DNA of 42,373 nt from NCBI RefSeq assembly GCF_006345805.1, contig NW_021835110.1, positions 1 through 42,373 on the forward strand, written 5' to 3'. This document shows positions 13,760 to 25,994 of the stretch, in pieces. Positions within the stretch are counted from its first letter, which is position 1. Each line of letters begins with the position of its first letter. The position numbers and the translations under genes are program-made. Origin of the DNA: Octopus sinensis. Its lineage: Eukaryota. The notes under the pieces are model-generated. The model searched no databases. It saw only the letters and a program-made list of their open reading frames with translations, and was not told where the DNA came from.

Positions 13760-14218
13760 TAGGCCTAGGAATGGCTGTGTGGTAAGTAACATGCTTATGA
13801 ACCACATGGTTCCGGGTTCTGTCCTACTACGCGGCACCTTGGGCAAGTATTTTCTACTATAGCTTCGCACCGACCAAATCCTTGTGAGTGGATTTGAGTG
13901 GATTTGGTAGACGGGAACTGTAAGCCCATCGTATATATAAATACATATATATATATATGTGTGTGGTGTGTGTGTGGTGTGTGTGTGTGTGTGTGTTTGT
14001 GTGTGTGTTTGTGTTTGTGTGTGTGTGTGTGTGCGTGTGTGTATGTGTTTGTTCCCCCACCGTCGGTTGACAACCGATGTTGTGTTTACGTCCACGTGAC
14101 CTAGCAGTTCGGCAAAAGGACCGATGGAATAAGTGTTGGGATCGATTTGTTAGACTAAAGGCAATGCTCTAGCATGACCGCAGTCAAATGACTAAAGCAA
14201 ATAAAAGAGTAAAAGAGT
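13760..14218 (+). mobile_element. SINE family B
   Basis: Colinear with 12523-12900. Confidence 0.9.
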
Positions 14219-14320
14219 GTGTATGAAGCCATCGATGAAGCTTCAATATGGATTTGGACTATAACACAACAAGTCACCAGTGGTTTAAAAGGAGGAACAG
14301 AAAACAAATTATTCTTCTAT

Positions 14321-14716
14321 TCTTTTACTTGTTTCAGCCATTTGACTGCGGCCATGCTGGAGCACTGCCTTGGGGGATTCTAATCGAACAGATGGACCTT
14401 AGGACTTATATTTTTTAAGCCTGGTACTTATTCTATCAATCCTTTTGGCTGAAGCGTTAAGTTGTCACGCAGTGATGGTGTGACAAACACAGATACAAAG
14501 ACACACACACACATACACATACATAGATATATATACTTATATATATATATATACGATGGGCTTCTTCCAGTATCCGTCTGTCTACCAAATCCACTCACGA
14601 AGCTTTAGTCGGCCCGAGGCTATAGTAGAAGGCACTTGCCCAAGGTGCCACGCAGTGGGACTGAACCCAGAACCATGTGGTTGGGAAGCAAGCTTCATAC
14701 CACACGGCCACTGCTG
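14321..14716 (-). mobile_element. SINE family B
   Basis: Reverse complement colinear with family B. Confidence 0.9.
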
Positions 14717-14814
14717 AAGTTTCAAATATTTCATTAGGTCAATCTGCGAGACAATCGAAATTTGTTACGCAAAGATGGTAGCAATATTGAAGCTTTGTAA
14801 AGATGTCGCCCCGC

Positions 14815-15040
14815 TGGCCAGGTGTACAGACTTATGGCGCATAAGTGACTGAGAACAAGACTTTCACCTTAAACGGGATGCCTGTCCATTGCCGGGTTAT
14901 TCGTTTACAGCTGAGTGGACTGCTGCAACATGAAATTACGTGTTTCGCTCAAGAAACCCAATGCACCACACTGTCCGGGAATCGAAATAGCGATTTCGTG
15001 ATCGTGGATACAAGACTCAAGCCGTGAGGCCACGCACCCA
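14815..15040 (-). mobile_element. SINE family C (tRNA-derived), diverged
   Basis: CAGCTGAGTGGACTG..GCAAC.TGAAAT motif shared with 20975-21290 and 40690-40890. Confidence 0.7.
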
Positions 15041-15091
15041 GACATTTCTTTAAGTACTTTTCAATGATCAGAAATCAATTATTGAATAGAT

Positions 15092-15292
15092 TAAGGCAAG
15101 TGTTCTAGCAGAATTGTCAGTGTGCCGAGCAAAATCCTTAGCGGCATTTCGTCCGTCTTCAAATTCCGCCGAGGTCGACTTTGCCTTTCATCGTTTCGAG
15201 AGTCGATAAAATAAATAACAGTTGAGTAGGAGTGAGGGGTTCGAAGCAATCGACTTAACCTCCCTCTCCTTGTGCCAAAATTTGAAATCAAT
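15092..15292 (+). mobile_element. SINE family A, diverged
   Basis: CCGCCGAGGTCGACTTTGCCTTTCATC core. Confidence 0.8.
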
Positions 15293-15756
15293 AATTAACT
15301 CGATAACCGATCACATCATCGACGATTATAAAAGCACAGGCAAATATTTATTGATCACTGCTGGTATACAAAGAACATTTAGAAGCTGAATCTTTCGTGA
15401 CAAATTGTTCAAGACAAAATGGAAAAGCGGGTAGAGCAACAGAAACACTTACCAAAAACCAATCACTTGAAGACACTCGATTTACAATCCGAAACCTTAA
15501 AAGCGCCATTGATGGCACACAGAAATTGAGACGCAAATCAGCAATACCGACAAATACTTAATCCTTTTAACTAAGTAATTAACTAATTAGCTAACATGTA
15601 TTTTCTGTAATTATGGATGAGCCAGACAACATACTGGCTCTTCATATTTGCATTGTTTATTTTAAGTATTGTTAATTTCTCTAATTATAAGAGGCTTTTC
15701 GCAGTTTATGCTACATGTAGTGGCTGTAATTAATAATTTTTTAATATTTTATCTAT

Positions 15757-16156
15757 TACTAGCAGTATCGCCCGGCGTTGCTCGGGTTTGTAAGGGAAAT
15801 AACTATATAAGCATTTTTAGAGATGTAAAGTATAATAGCCATCTCAATATGGCTAACTACAAAGAGGGGGTGTTACTGTAGCTTTTTACGTTCTGAGATT
15901 TAATAATACATTTTTAGAGAGTTACTTCCATTATATAATAGCAAAAAGAATGCATTAAAAATGGGGAAAAATTATGGTAATTTTTTTTATAAATCGTAGA
16001 CTCATCGTAGGCGCGCGCTAATACCCAGAAGGGCTCGATATGAATCACGACTATAAGATACCCGCTTTTGGTTACGCTGCACCGCAAAATGTGGGAGTAG
16101 TTAGGAATCTAAATCGTAGGAGACAGACACACAACTTCACTTTTATATATAAAGAT
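15757..16156 (+). mobile_element. Non-autonomous Helentron/HINE (DINE-1/Lep1-like) element
   Basis: 5' ACTAGC followed by subterminal hairpin CCCG-gcgttgct-CGGG; 3' ACAGAC...TTTTATATATAAAGAT; T-rich flanks. Confidence 0.6.
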
Positions 16157-16164
16157 TTATTTAA

Positions 16165-16365
16165 GTCTCCAGACTGCGGCCATACTGGGGCAACGCCTTG
16201 AGGAATTTTGGTCGAATTGATCGACCCTAGTATTTATTTTCTTGTTAAGTCTTGTAAATATACTTATCGGTTGCTTTTGTCGAACCGCTACGGAGAGGTA
16301 AACACACCACCATCGGCCGTGAAGCGCGGTATGGGACAAACAGAAGCATAAGACACATCTATATG
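16165..16365 (-). mobile_element. SINE family B, 3' half, diverged
   Basis: GACTGCGGCCATACTGGGGC...TTTTGTCGAACCGCT. Confidence 0.75.
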
Positions 16366-16385
16366 TGTGTAAGTATGCGTGTGTA

Positions 16386-16981
16386 AAGGCGACGAGCTGG
16401 CAGAAACGTTAGCACGCCGGGCGAAATGCGTAGCCATATTTCGTCTGCCGTTACGTTCTGAGTTCAAATTCTGCCGCGGTCGACTTTGCCTTTCATCATT
16501 TTGGGGACTATAAATTAAGTACCAGTTATGCACTGAGGTCGATGTAATCGACTTGATCCGTTTGTCTGTCCTTGTTTGTTCCCTCTGTGTATAGCCCCTA
16601 TTTCGTCTGCCGTTACGTTCTGACTTCAAATGTCGCCTTTCGGTGTCGATTAAATAAGTAACAGTTACGCACTGGGTTCGATGTAATCGATTCAATCCCT
16701 TTCTGTGTCCTTGTCTGTTCCCTCTATGTTAAGCCCCTTGTGGCAATAAAGAAATAAGAAACGTTAGCACGCCGGGCAAACCGCTTAGCGGTATTTCGTC
16801 TGCCGCTACGTTCTGAGTTCAAATCCGCTGAGGTCGAATTTGGGTTTCATCCTTACGGGGTCGATAAATTAAGTACCAGCTGCGTGCTGGGGTCGATGTA
16901 ATCGACTTAAACCATTTGTCTGTCCTCGTTTGTCCCCTCTTTGTTTAGCCCCTGTGGGCAATTAACAAATAAGAAACGTTA
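16386..16981 (+). mobile_element. Head-to-tail trimer of SINE family A plus the start of a fourth unit
   Basis: Junctions at 16598/16599, 16757/16758, 16972/16973. Confidence 0.9.
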
Positions 16982-16993
16982 TATATGAATAAT

Positions 16994-17187
16994 TGCAGTA
17001 TGGAAGTAGTTATAAGCCATTTAAAAACACACAAAAACCTGTTCACTGACAAAATTCCGTGCTGCACAGAATTTGTCAGTGAACAGGTCGCAGTTTCAAA
17101 GCGACGGAAATATTTTGATTGAATGTTAAAGTGAATCTAACGCTTTTGTGTGTTTTTAAATGGCTTATAAACACCTTCCATGCTGCA
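16994..17187. mobile_element. Palindromic fold-back element (probably PLE-derived) with a hammerhead-like motif
   Basis: Outer arms TGCAGTATGGAAG..TTATAAGCCATTTAAAAACACACAAAA and its inverse at 17144-17187; inner hairpin 17037-17057 / 17069-17088. Confidence 0.75.
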
Positions 17188-17282
17188 CTCGCAGTTGTTT
17201 CAGCATACGGTCTCTGATCAGGTCACTTGCTGTGCAAGTACATTTCCGATATATACATACATACATATATATATATATATAT

Positions 17283-17521
17283 CTTTTCTCTTTTACTTGT
17301 TTCCGTCATTTTGACTGCGGCCATGCTGGAGGCCCGCCTTTAGTCGAGCAAATCGACCCCGGGACTTATTCTTTGTAAGCCCAGTACTTATTCTATCGGT
17401 CTCTTTTGTCGAACCGCTATGTTACGGGGACGTAAACACACCAGCATCAGTTGTTCAAGCAATGCTAGGGGGACGAACACGGACACACAACACACACATA
17501 CATTATAATATATATATATAT

Positions 17522-17564
<43 letters not shown>

Positions 17565-17729
17565 TACGACAGGCTTCTTTCGTTTCCGTCCACCAAATCC
17601 ACTCACAAGGCATTGGTCGACCCGGGGCTATAGCAGAAGAACTTGCCCAAGATGCCACGCAGTGGGACTGAACTCGGAACCATGTGGTTGGTTAGCAAGC
17701 TACTTACCACACAGCCACTCATGCGCCTA
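17283..17729 (-). mobile_element. SINE family B, full length
   Basis: Reverse complement colinear; 5' end abuts (TA)n. Confidence 0.92.
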
Positions 17730-17751
17730 TATATATATATATATATATATA

Positions 17752-17792
<41 letters not shown>

Positions 17793-17798
17793 ATTATG

Positions 17799-17860
<62 letters not shown>

Positions 17861-17895
17861 ATTATATATATATATATATTAAGTATATATATATA

Positions 17896-17983
<88 letters not shown>

Positions 17984-18128
17984 ACTTATAAACTTAATTT
18001 AACCTTTAAAGTTATTTTTAATATTGCTGGCCATCGATAGAATTTTTTTCGAAAAATGTTATCCTATATTAGATGGTATGTGTATATATATATATTAATA
18101 TATATATATGTGTATTATAGATATATAT

Positions 18129-18170
<42 letters not shown>

Positions 18171-18209
18171 CATATTATATACTATATATTATATATATAT
18201 ATATCTATA

Positions 18210-18261
<52 letters not shown>

Positions 18262-18262
18262 C

Positions 18263-18294
<32 letters not shown>

Positions 18295-18335
18295 ATATTA
18301 ATATATACATATATATATATATAATATATATATAT
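17730..18335. repeat. Imperfect (TA)n arrays
   Basis: Directly visible, with a short unique interruption around 17985-18075. Confidence 0.9.
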
Positions 18336-18615
18336 CATTTTATATGTCTTGGTTGTTTGTGAGGGCTTTTTTCGCTTTGCGGAAAAAGAAAATCATCAAG
18401 TGCCAAAAATGAACTTTCTTATCTTCCATTTTAAAGGGTTACAGAATTAACACAGGTTATAGGAGTATAAATCATCTTCCACGAAAAGATAGCTTAAACC
18501 GTGCTCGAAATGGAGGTGTAGTCAAATCGTATTTTATGGACTCAACCATGTTCTAAAATAAGTCGAAAGGTAAGATGCTATAAATCGGCACAACCTTTCC
18601 GAACAACCCAATACA

Positions 18616-18681
<66 letters not shown>

Positions 18682-19872
18682 GGACAGGGAAGTATATTAT
18701 GTGTCCGGGTGTGTCCGGGTGTGCTGATACATATGCTTTCATACTGAAGATTGAAATGTTTGAATATTTTAGGTTGTCAACGAGAGCATATATTTGAAGT
18801 GCGTGATGGTTCCCTGAATGGGTTTTATATGCATATAATCATATATATATATATATATCATACACACATACATACATATACATATCCATAAATACATACA
18901 TACATACTACACACATATGCATATATATATGCATATGTATATAATATATATATATATATATATATAATATATATATATATATATGATATATATATATGTG
19001 GTGTGTGTGTGTGTATATGTATGTGTGTATGTAAATGCATACGAAATTATATATATATATATTACATATATGTATGTATGCATTTATGTATGTATATACA
19101 CACGTTTTTACTGTACATGTAAATACGCTTACATATTTATGTAAACTTATATGTTGAGCACACGCACCCACACACAGACCCACAAACACACACATATACA
19201 TATATACATACATATATCTTACATGCATACATAAATACCTACTTACATACATGTATACATACATGTATACATACACCCATACACACACACACCCACACTT
19301 CTTGAATCTGACACATATACAGGGCTGTAAACATGTCTTAGTGTTTGTGTGTGGGTGTTTGTATATATAAACATGAGCATGTATGCATACATCAGTGTGT
19401 GTGTGTGTGTGTGTGTGTGTCTTTGTGTACATTGATATGTCAATATAACTATAGAAAGACCTGACCATCGACACGCTCTGAAAACACGTCAGTCGCTCTT
19501 TTTTCTTTCTTCTATGTGACTATGGCAGGTTTATATTGTTTGCATAAAATGAATGAATGGCTGTTGCAGCTATAACTGTGATTATTAATTCTTTCGAAGC
19601 TTCGTCGGTTTATCCTTGAGCAAGTCATTTATTTCTACTTTTGCAATGTAAGTCTGAGAACACATACTAATGAGTGCACGCACTTACACGCACATGCGCA
19701 CATATTCCTTCACTTGGAACACAGACATCTAATGCTTTAACATGTCAATGCTTGTGTAGGTGTCTCTCTCCCTCTTCTCTTTCTCTCTCTCTCTTCTATA
19801 TATATATATATATATATAGATATATATATATATATATATATATTCTATATATAATATATATATATATATATA

Positions 19873-20048
19873 TAGGCGCAGGAGTGGCTGTGTGGTAGTA
19901 GCTTGTCTACCAACCATATGGTTCCGGGTTCAGTCTCACTGCGTGACAACCTCGGCAAGTGTCTTCTATAGCCTCGGCCCGACCAATGCCTTGTGAGTGG
20001 ATTTGGTTGACGGAAACTAAAAGAAGCCCGTCGTATATATGTATATAC

Positions 20049-20088
<40 letters not shown>

Positions 20089-20331
20089 ATATATATATAT
20101 TACTATATATATATATATATGCGTGTGTGTGTTTGTGTGTCTGTGTTTGTCCCCTAGCATTGCTTGACAACCGATGCTGGTGTGTTTATGTCCCCGTTAC
20201 TTAGCGGTTCGGCAAACGTGACCGATAGAATAAGTACTGGGCTTACAAAGAATAGGTCCCCGGGGTCGAGTTGCTCGATTAAAGGCGGTGCTCCAGCATG
20301 GCCGCAGTCAAATGACTGAAACAAGTAAAGA

Positions 20332-20333
<2 letters not shown>
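19873..20333 (+). mobile_element. SINE family B, full length, flanked by (TA)n on both sides
   Basis: TAGGCGCAGGAGTGGCTGTGTGG ... GAAACAAGTAAAGAGT. Confidence 0.92.
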
Positions 20334-20381
<48 letters not shown>

Positions 20382-20392
20382 ATATATGCCCT

Positions 20393-20427
<35 letters not shown>

Positions 20428-20580
20428 TATGACCTTTGAAGGTTTTTATTCCCATGCTGACCACTTGATAAGTTCGATATTTAAATAACGATCTTATCCT
20501 TATATATATATAAATGTGAGCCTGTATGGATATACGTTTGTGTGCGTGTGTAGCTTTGAGATCATTGATATGTTCCCCTG

Positions 20581-20945
20581 TATGGGGAATTGGCCACCGA
20601 CAGAAGAGCACGATGACGACCTCACCTTCGTTTCAAGGACGTCTGCTAGAGAGATATTAAGTAGCCTGATATGGACGACTAGAGATGGGAGAAGGTCGCA
20701 AAAAAATTGATCGCCCACGCTGAAGACAACTACTGTGGAATGGGATGAAGTGAGAGCAAGAGAAACAGGAACTCTGCGCCAAAGAAAAACGCGCTCGACT
20801 TAATTGAAAAACCTGTAGAGCCGGTAGAGAATTCCTTCAACTGCAGGCCCTCTGCAGCTACAGCAAATGCGGCACCACCATCAGCAGCTGGCACAATTTC
20901 TTCGGGCGCAGGTCCATGGTCTCTCGAGACCGATGGATGTCTACT
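20581..20945 (+). mobile_element. 3' end of an RTE-clade LINE
   Basis: YGELAT..R.R*RPHLRFKDVC*RDI...RWEKVA..KLIAHAED followed by the RTE-type 3' hairpin CCATGGTCTCTCGAGACCGATGGATG. Confidence 0.85.
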
Positions 20946-20974
20946 TTATTATTCTATCCTATACTATACTCAGT

Positions 20975-21290
20975 GACTAGAGAAACGAACTTACGACCGT
21001 CAGGTTATGAGTTCGAATCTCACACCGAGCTGCGTGTTGTGTTCTTGAGCAAGACGCTTTATTTCACGTTGCTCTAGTTTACTCAGCTGTAGAAATGAGT
21101 TGCGACGTCACTGGTGCCAAGCTGTATCGGCCCCTTTGCCTTTTCCTTTTCATAACATCAGTGGTTTGGAGAGGGGAGGCTAGTATGCATGGGCGACTGC
21201 TGGTCTTCCATAAACAACCTTGCCCAGACTTATGCCTCGGAGGGTAACTTTCTAGGTGCAATCCCATGGTCATTCATGACTGAGGAGGGT
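20975..21290 (+). mobile_element. SINE family C
   Basis: B-box GAGTTCGAATC, TGTGTTCTTGAGCAAGAC..TTTATTTCACGTTGCTC central part. Confidence 0.75.
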
Positions 21291-21574
21291 CTCCGACTAG
21301 ACTATAAGAGAAATAGAAGTAGAGTAATCTTAGCTTTAAATTTTGGTACAAAGCCATCAGTTTCAGGGGAGCAGGTAATTCGGATACATTGAGCCCAGTT
21401 TTCAACTGGTACTTATTTTATGTATTTTTTCGAGTGTTAGGCAAAAGAGAGGGGACAATAGCTGAAATATTGTTCGAGGGGCAGACTTAGTACTAGGTCA
21501 CAATATTTTTGTCATGGAAGCTTATTAATTCTATGAATCAAAACTAGCGCATAACTAGTGTTTAATTTAAACTT

Positions 21575-21878
21575 TTACTTTCTTACTTGTTTCAGTCATT
21601 GGACTTCGGTTATACAACCCAAGGAGAGAAAAGGCTTCTGTCTAGCCTACCAAATTCCCTGTAACGTTTGTAACTGATCGACACGAGACTATACCAGAAT
21701 AGAAATACCCAAGATATATGTTTGTGTATCTGTGTCTGTCCCCCACCATCGCTTGACAACCGATGTCAGTGTGCTTACGTCCCTGTAACTTAGCGGTTCG
21801 ATAAAAAAGACCGATAGAATAAGTACTTTGCTTAAAAAGTCCTACAGTCGATTTGTTCGACTAAAGGTGGTGCTCCGT
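21575..21878. mobile_element. Two opposed fragments of SINE family B (minus 21575-21715, plus 21722-21878)
   Basis: TTTTACTTGTTTCAGTCATT... and GCTTGACAACCGATG...GACTAAAGG. Confidence 0.7.
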
Positions 21879-21884
21879 AAACGC

Positions 21885-22700
21885 TGTAACAACCATCAAC
21901 ACAACACTACCATCCACACCATTACTATCACCACCATCACCAATACCACCATCATCACCACAGCCACCACCGTCAACACAGCCACCACCACCAATAAAAC
22001 AACCACCAGCACCACCACCATCACCACCGCCATCACCACCACCATCAAAACCACCACATCCAATCACCACCACTATCACCCCACCAACACAAACACTACT
22101 ATAACCAAAACCACCACCACATTCACGACCACCAAAACCACCACATCCAACATCACTACCAATATCACCCCACCACCACAACCACCACCATCACTACCAC
22201 CAATACCACCATCAGCACTTATACATCCATGAACGCCGCTACGACCACCGCTACCGTCACCACCACCACCACTAACATCACCAACACCAACACCACCATC
22301 AACACGACCATATCAATACCACTATCTCCACCACCACCACCATCACGATCACTAGCACCACCACCACCACCACTACTATCACGAAGCGCCACATGTGTCA
22401 CAAGCCCCACATGCGCAAGTTACACCACCACCACCGTCACGACCACAGGCCGCCACATCTACCACAACTTCAGCCATGACCACCACAACAACTGCAACAA
22501 GGATCGTTGCCACAAACACCAATACTACAACCACCAGCGTCACTGCCACCGCCACCAACTACAACCGCGAGTAACACTACCACCACCAGCATCAGCACCA
22601 TACTATTATAAGCAAAAGCTATTTCCACCACTACCACCACCAACATCATCACCATCACCATCACCATCACCACGGCTATTGTAACAAGTATCAGCAACAA
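21885..22700 (+). repeat. Degenerate (ACC)n/(CAT)n region
   Basis: Directly visible; source of the Thr/Pro-rich ORFs. Confidence 0.9.
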
Positions 22701-23029
22701 CAACGTTTACAAGGACAACAATATGCCACTCATTATCTGCACACATAATTAATAACCAATCAAAGAAATTCTAGCCAATCTGTAAATCTTTACGTCAACA
22801 CAAGAAGCTTGAGAGATCTGGATAATGAGAATAACTGAGATTACGAAATGTTAGCTTTGTAATTCAGTCTGCGACACATCGCCAGTGTTATCACAGCACA
22901 CGTCTAGCTAGGCAGACACAAACGTGCACATTCCATCCCACCCGCCCCACCCGCACCAACACTCGCGCCCACCCGCACACACATACCTACATAAATGTAT
23001 ATATGGATGTAGGTATTTATATATGAGTC

Positions 23030-23115
23030 TGTATGTATGTATGTATGTATGTATGTACGTACGTCTGTATGTATGTATGTATGTACGTCTGAATGTATGT
23101 ACGCATGTATGTATG

Positions 23116-23146
<31 letters not shown>

Positions 23147-25870
23147 TGTATGTATGTGTGGTATGTATGTAATGTTGTATGTATTGTATGTATGTGTTAT
23201 GTATGTGTATGTCGTCTGAATGTATGTAGTATGTATGTATGTATGTATGTAATGTACGTATGTAATGTATGTATGTATGTATGTATGTATGTATGTATGT
23301 ATGTATGTATGTAGGTATGTACTTATGTATGTTGGTATGTATGTACGTATGTATGTATGTAGTATGTACGTATGTATGTATGTATGTATGTATGTATGTA
23401 TGTATTATGTATGTACGTATGTATGTATGTATGTATGTACGTATGTATGTATGTATGTATGTATGTATTTACGTATGTATGTATGTATGTATGTATGTTG
23501 TATGTATGTTGTATGTATGTACGTACGTATGTATGTATTAATGTACGTATGTATGTATGTATGTATGTATGTACGTATGTATGTATGTATGTATGTATGT
23601 ATGTATGTATTATGTATGTACGTATGTATGTAATGTATGTATTATGTATGTATGTATTTACTATGTATGGTATGTATGTATGTACGTATGTATTATGTAT
23701 GTATGTACGTATGTATGTATGTATGTATGTATGTAGTATGTATGTATGTATGTACGTATGTATGTCTGTATGTCTGTATGTATGTCGTATGTATGTATGT
23801 ATGTGGTATGTATGTACGTATGTATGTATGTATGTATGTACGTATGTATGTGTGTATTTCGTATGTATGTATGTATGTATGTATGTGCGTATGTATGTAT
23901 GTATGTATGTACGTATGTATGTATGTATTTATGTACGTATGTATGTATGTATGTATGTATGTATGTACGTATGTATGTATGTATGTATGTATGCATGTAT
24001 GTATGTACGTATGTATGTACGTATGTATGTATGTATGTATGTACGTATGTATGTATGTATGTATGTATGTATGTATGTATGTACGTATGTATGTGTGTAT
24101 GTATGTACGTATGTATGTATGTATGTATGTATGTATGTACGTATGTATGTATGTATGTATGTATTTACGTATGTATGTATGTATGTATGTATGTATGTAT
24201 GTATGTATGTACTTGTATGTATGTATGTATGTACGTATGTATGTATGTATGTATGTACGTATGTATGTATGTATGTATGTATGTATGTATGTATGTATTT
24301 ATGTATGTACGTATGTATGTATGTATGTATGTATGTACGTATGTATGTATGTATGTATGTATGTATGTATGTATGTATGTTGGTTGTATGTATGTATGTA
24401 TGTATGTACGTATGTATGTATGTATGTATGTATGTATGTATGTATGTAGTATGTATGTGTGTATGTATGTATGTGTGTATGTATGTATTGTATGTTGTAT
24501 GTGGTGTATGTATGTATGTATGTATGTATGTATTATGTATGTGTGAATGTATGTATGTATGTAGATATGTATGTATGTATGTATGTATGTTGTATGTATG
24601 TAGTATGTATGTATTTATGTATGTATGTTATGTTGTATGTATGTATGTTGTATGTCTGTATGTACGTATGTATGTATGTATTATGTATGTATTTATGTTG
24701 TATGTATGTCTGTATGTACGTAGTATGTATGTAATTGTATGTATGTATTTTGTATGTATGTATGTAGTTATGTATGTATGTCTGTATGTATTTATGTATG
24801 TATTATGTATTCTATGATGTATGTATGTATGTATGTACGTATGTAGTATGTATGTTATGTATGTATTTATTTATGTATGTATGTATGTATGTATGTATTT
24901 ATGTATGTATGTATGTATGTATGTATGTATGTTGTATGTAGTTATGTATTTATGATGTAGTATTGTTATGTATGTATGTATGTATGGTAGTATGTATGTA
25001 TGATGTACGTATGTATGTATGTAATGTATGTATTTTGATGTATTTATGTATTATGTCGTATGTATGTATGATGTATATTTATGTATGTATAATGTAGTAT
25101 GTATTACGTATGTATGTATGTATGTATGTATTTATGTACGTATGTATGTATTTATGTATGTATGTATGTATGTATGTATAGTATGTATGTATGTAGTATG
25201 TACGTATGTATGTATGTATGTATGTATGTACGTATGTATGTATGTATGTACGTATGTATGTATGTATGTATGTATGTATGTATGTATGTATGTGTGTATG
25301 TAAGTATGTATGTATGTATGTATGTATGTATGTATGTATATGTGTATGTGTGTATGTATGTATTTTTTATGTATGTATGTATTTATGTATGGTTGTTTGT
25401 GTATATGTATGTATGCATGTATGCGTATGTAGGTATGTGAGTATATATGCATATTTGTGTGTGTATGGATGAATGCATGTATGTGTGTATGTATAGGTGT
25501 GTATGCATATATGTATGTATGTATGCTTGTATGTGTATACGTAGGTATGCATGTGTGCATATGTATGTGCGTCTTTGCGTTTATGTAGGTATGTATGTAT
25601 GCACATTTGTGCGTGTATGTATAGGTGAGTATGTATGCATGTATATGCGTGTATGTATATATGAATGCATGTATGTGTGTATGCATGTGTATATGTATTT
25701 GTGTGTCTGTATGAATGTATGTATGCGAGTATGTATGTATGTATGTATGATTGTATGCATGTATGTATATATGCATGTGCGTGTGTTTGTATGTATGTAC
25801 GCATGTATGCATGTGCATGTACGCATATATGTATGCACTATGTGTGTGTGTGCATGTATATATGTATCTA
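23030..25870 (+). repeat. ~2.8 kb (TATG)n array with TACG variants, decaying at the right end
   Basis: Directly visible; source of the (MYVC)n ORFs. Confidence 0.97.
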
Positions 25871-25994
25871 TATATATAAGTATATAAATAGGTTCGCAGT
25901 TAATAAATGAAAAAATACAAAAACGCTCTACTTTACATAATCGTATTGTGTCCATGACCCCCGTTTGTACTGCTGCCATTTGCAAATATACATA

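Noticed and set aside
19500-19655. Strong-looking acceptor and GTAAGT donor (also 9045 acceptor, 15452 and 32701 minus-strand donors)
   Set aside because: Stops in most or all frames, or no recognisable product; such sites are frequent by chance in AT-rich DNA.
21828-22684. Mucin-like Thr/Pro-rich ORFs
   Set aside because: The first starts inside a SINE, both strands and several frames are open, and there are no convincing splice sites; degenerate (ACC)n.
23372-24817. 481-aa ORF and overlapping (MYVC)n ORFs
   Set aside because: Translation of (TATG)n, which lacks stop codons in all plus frames.
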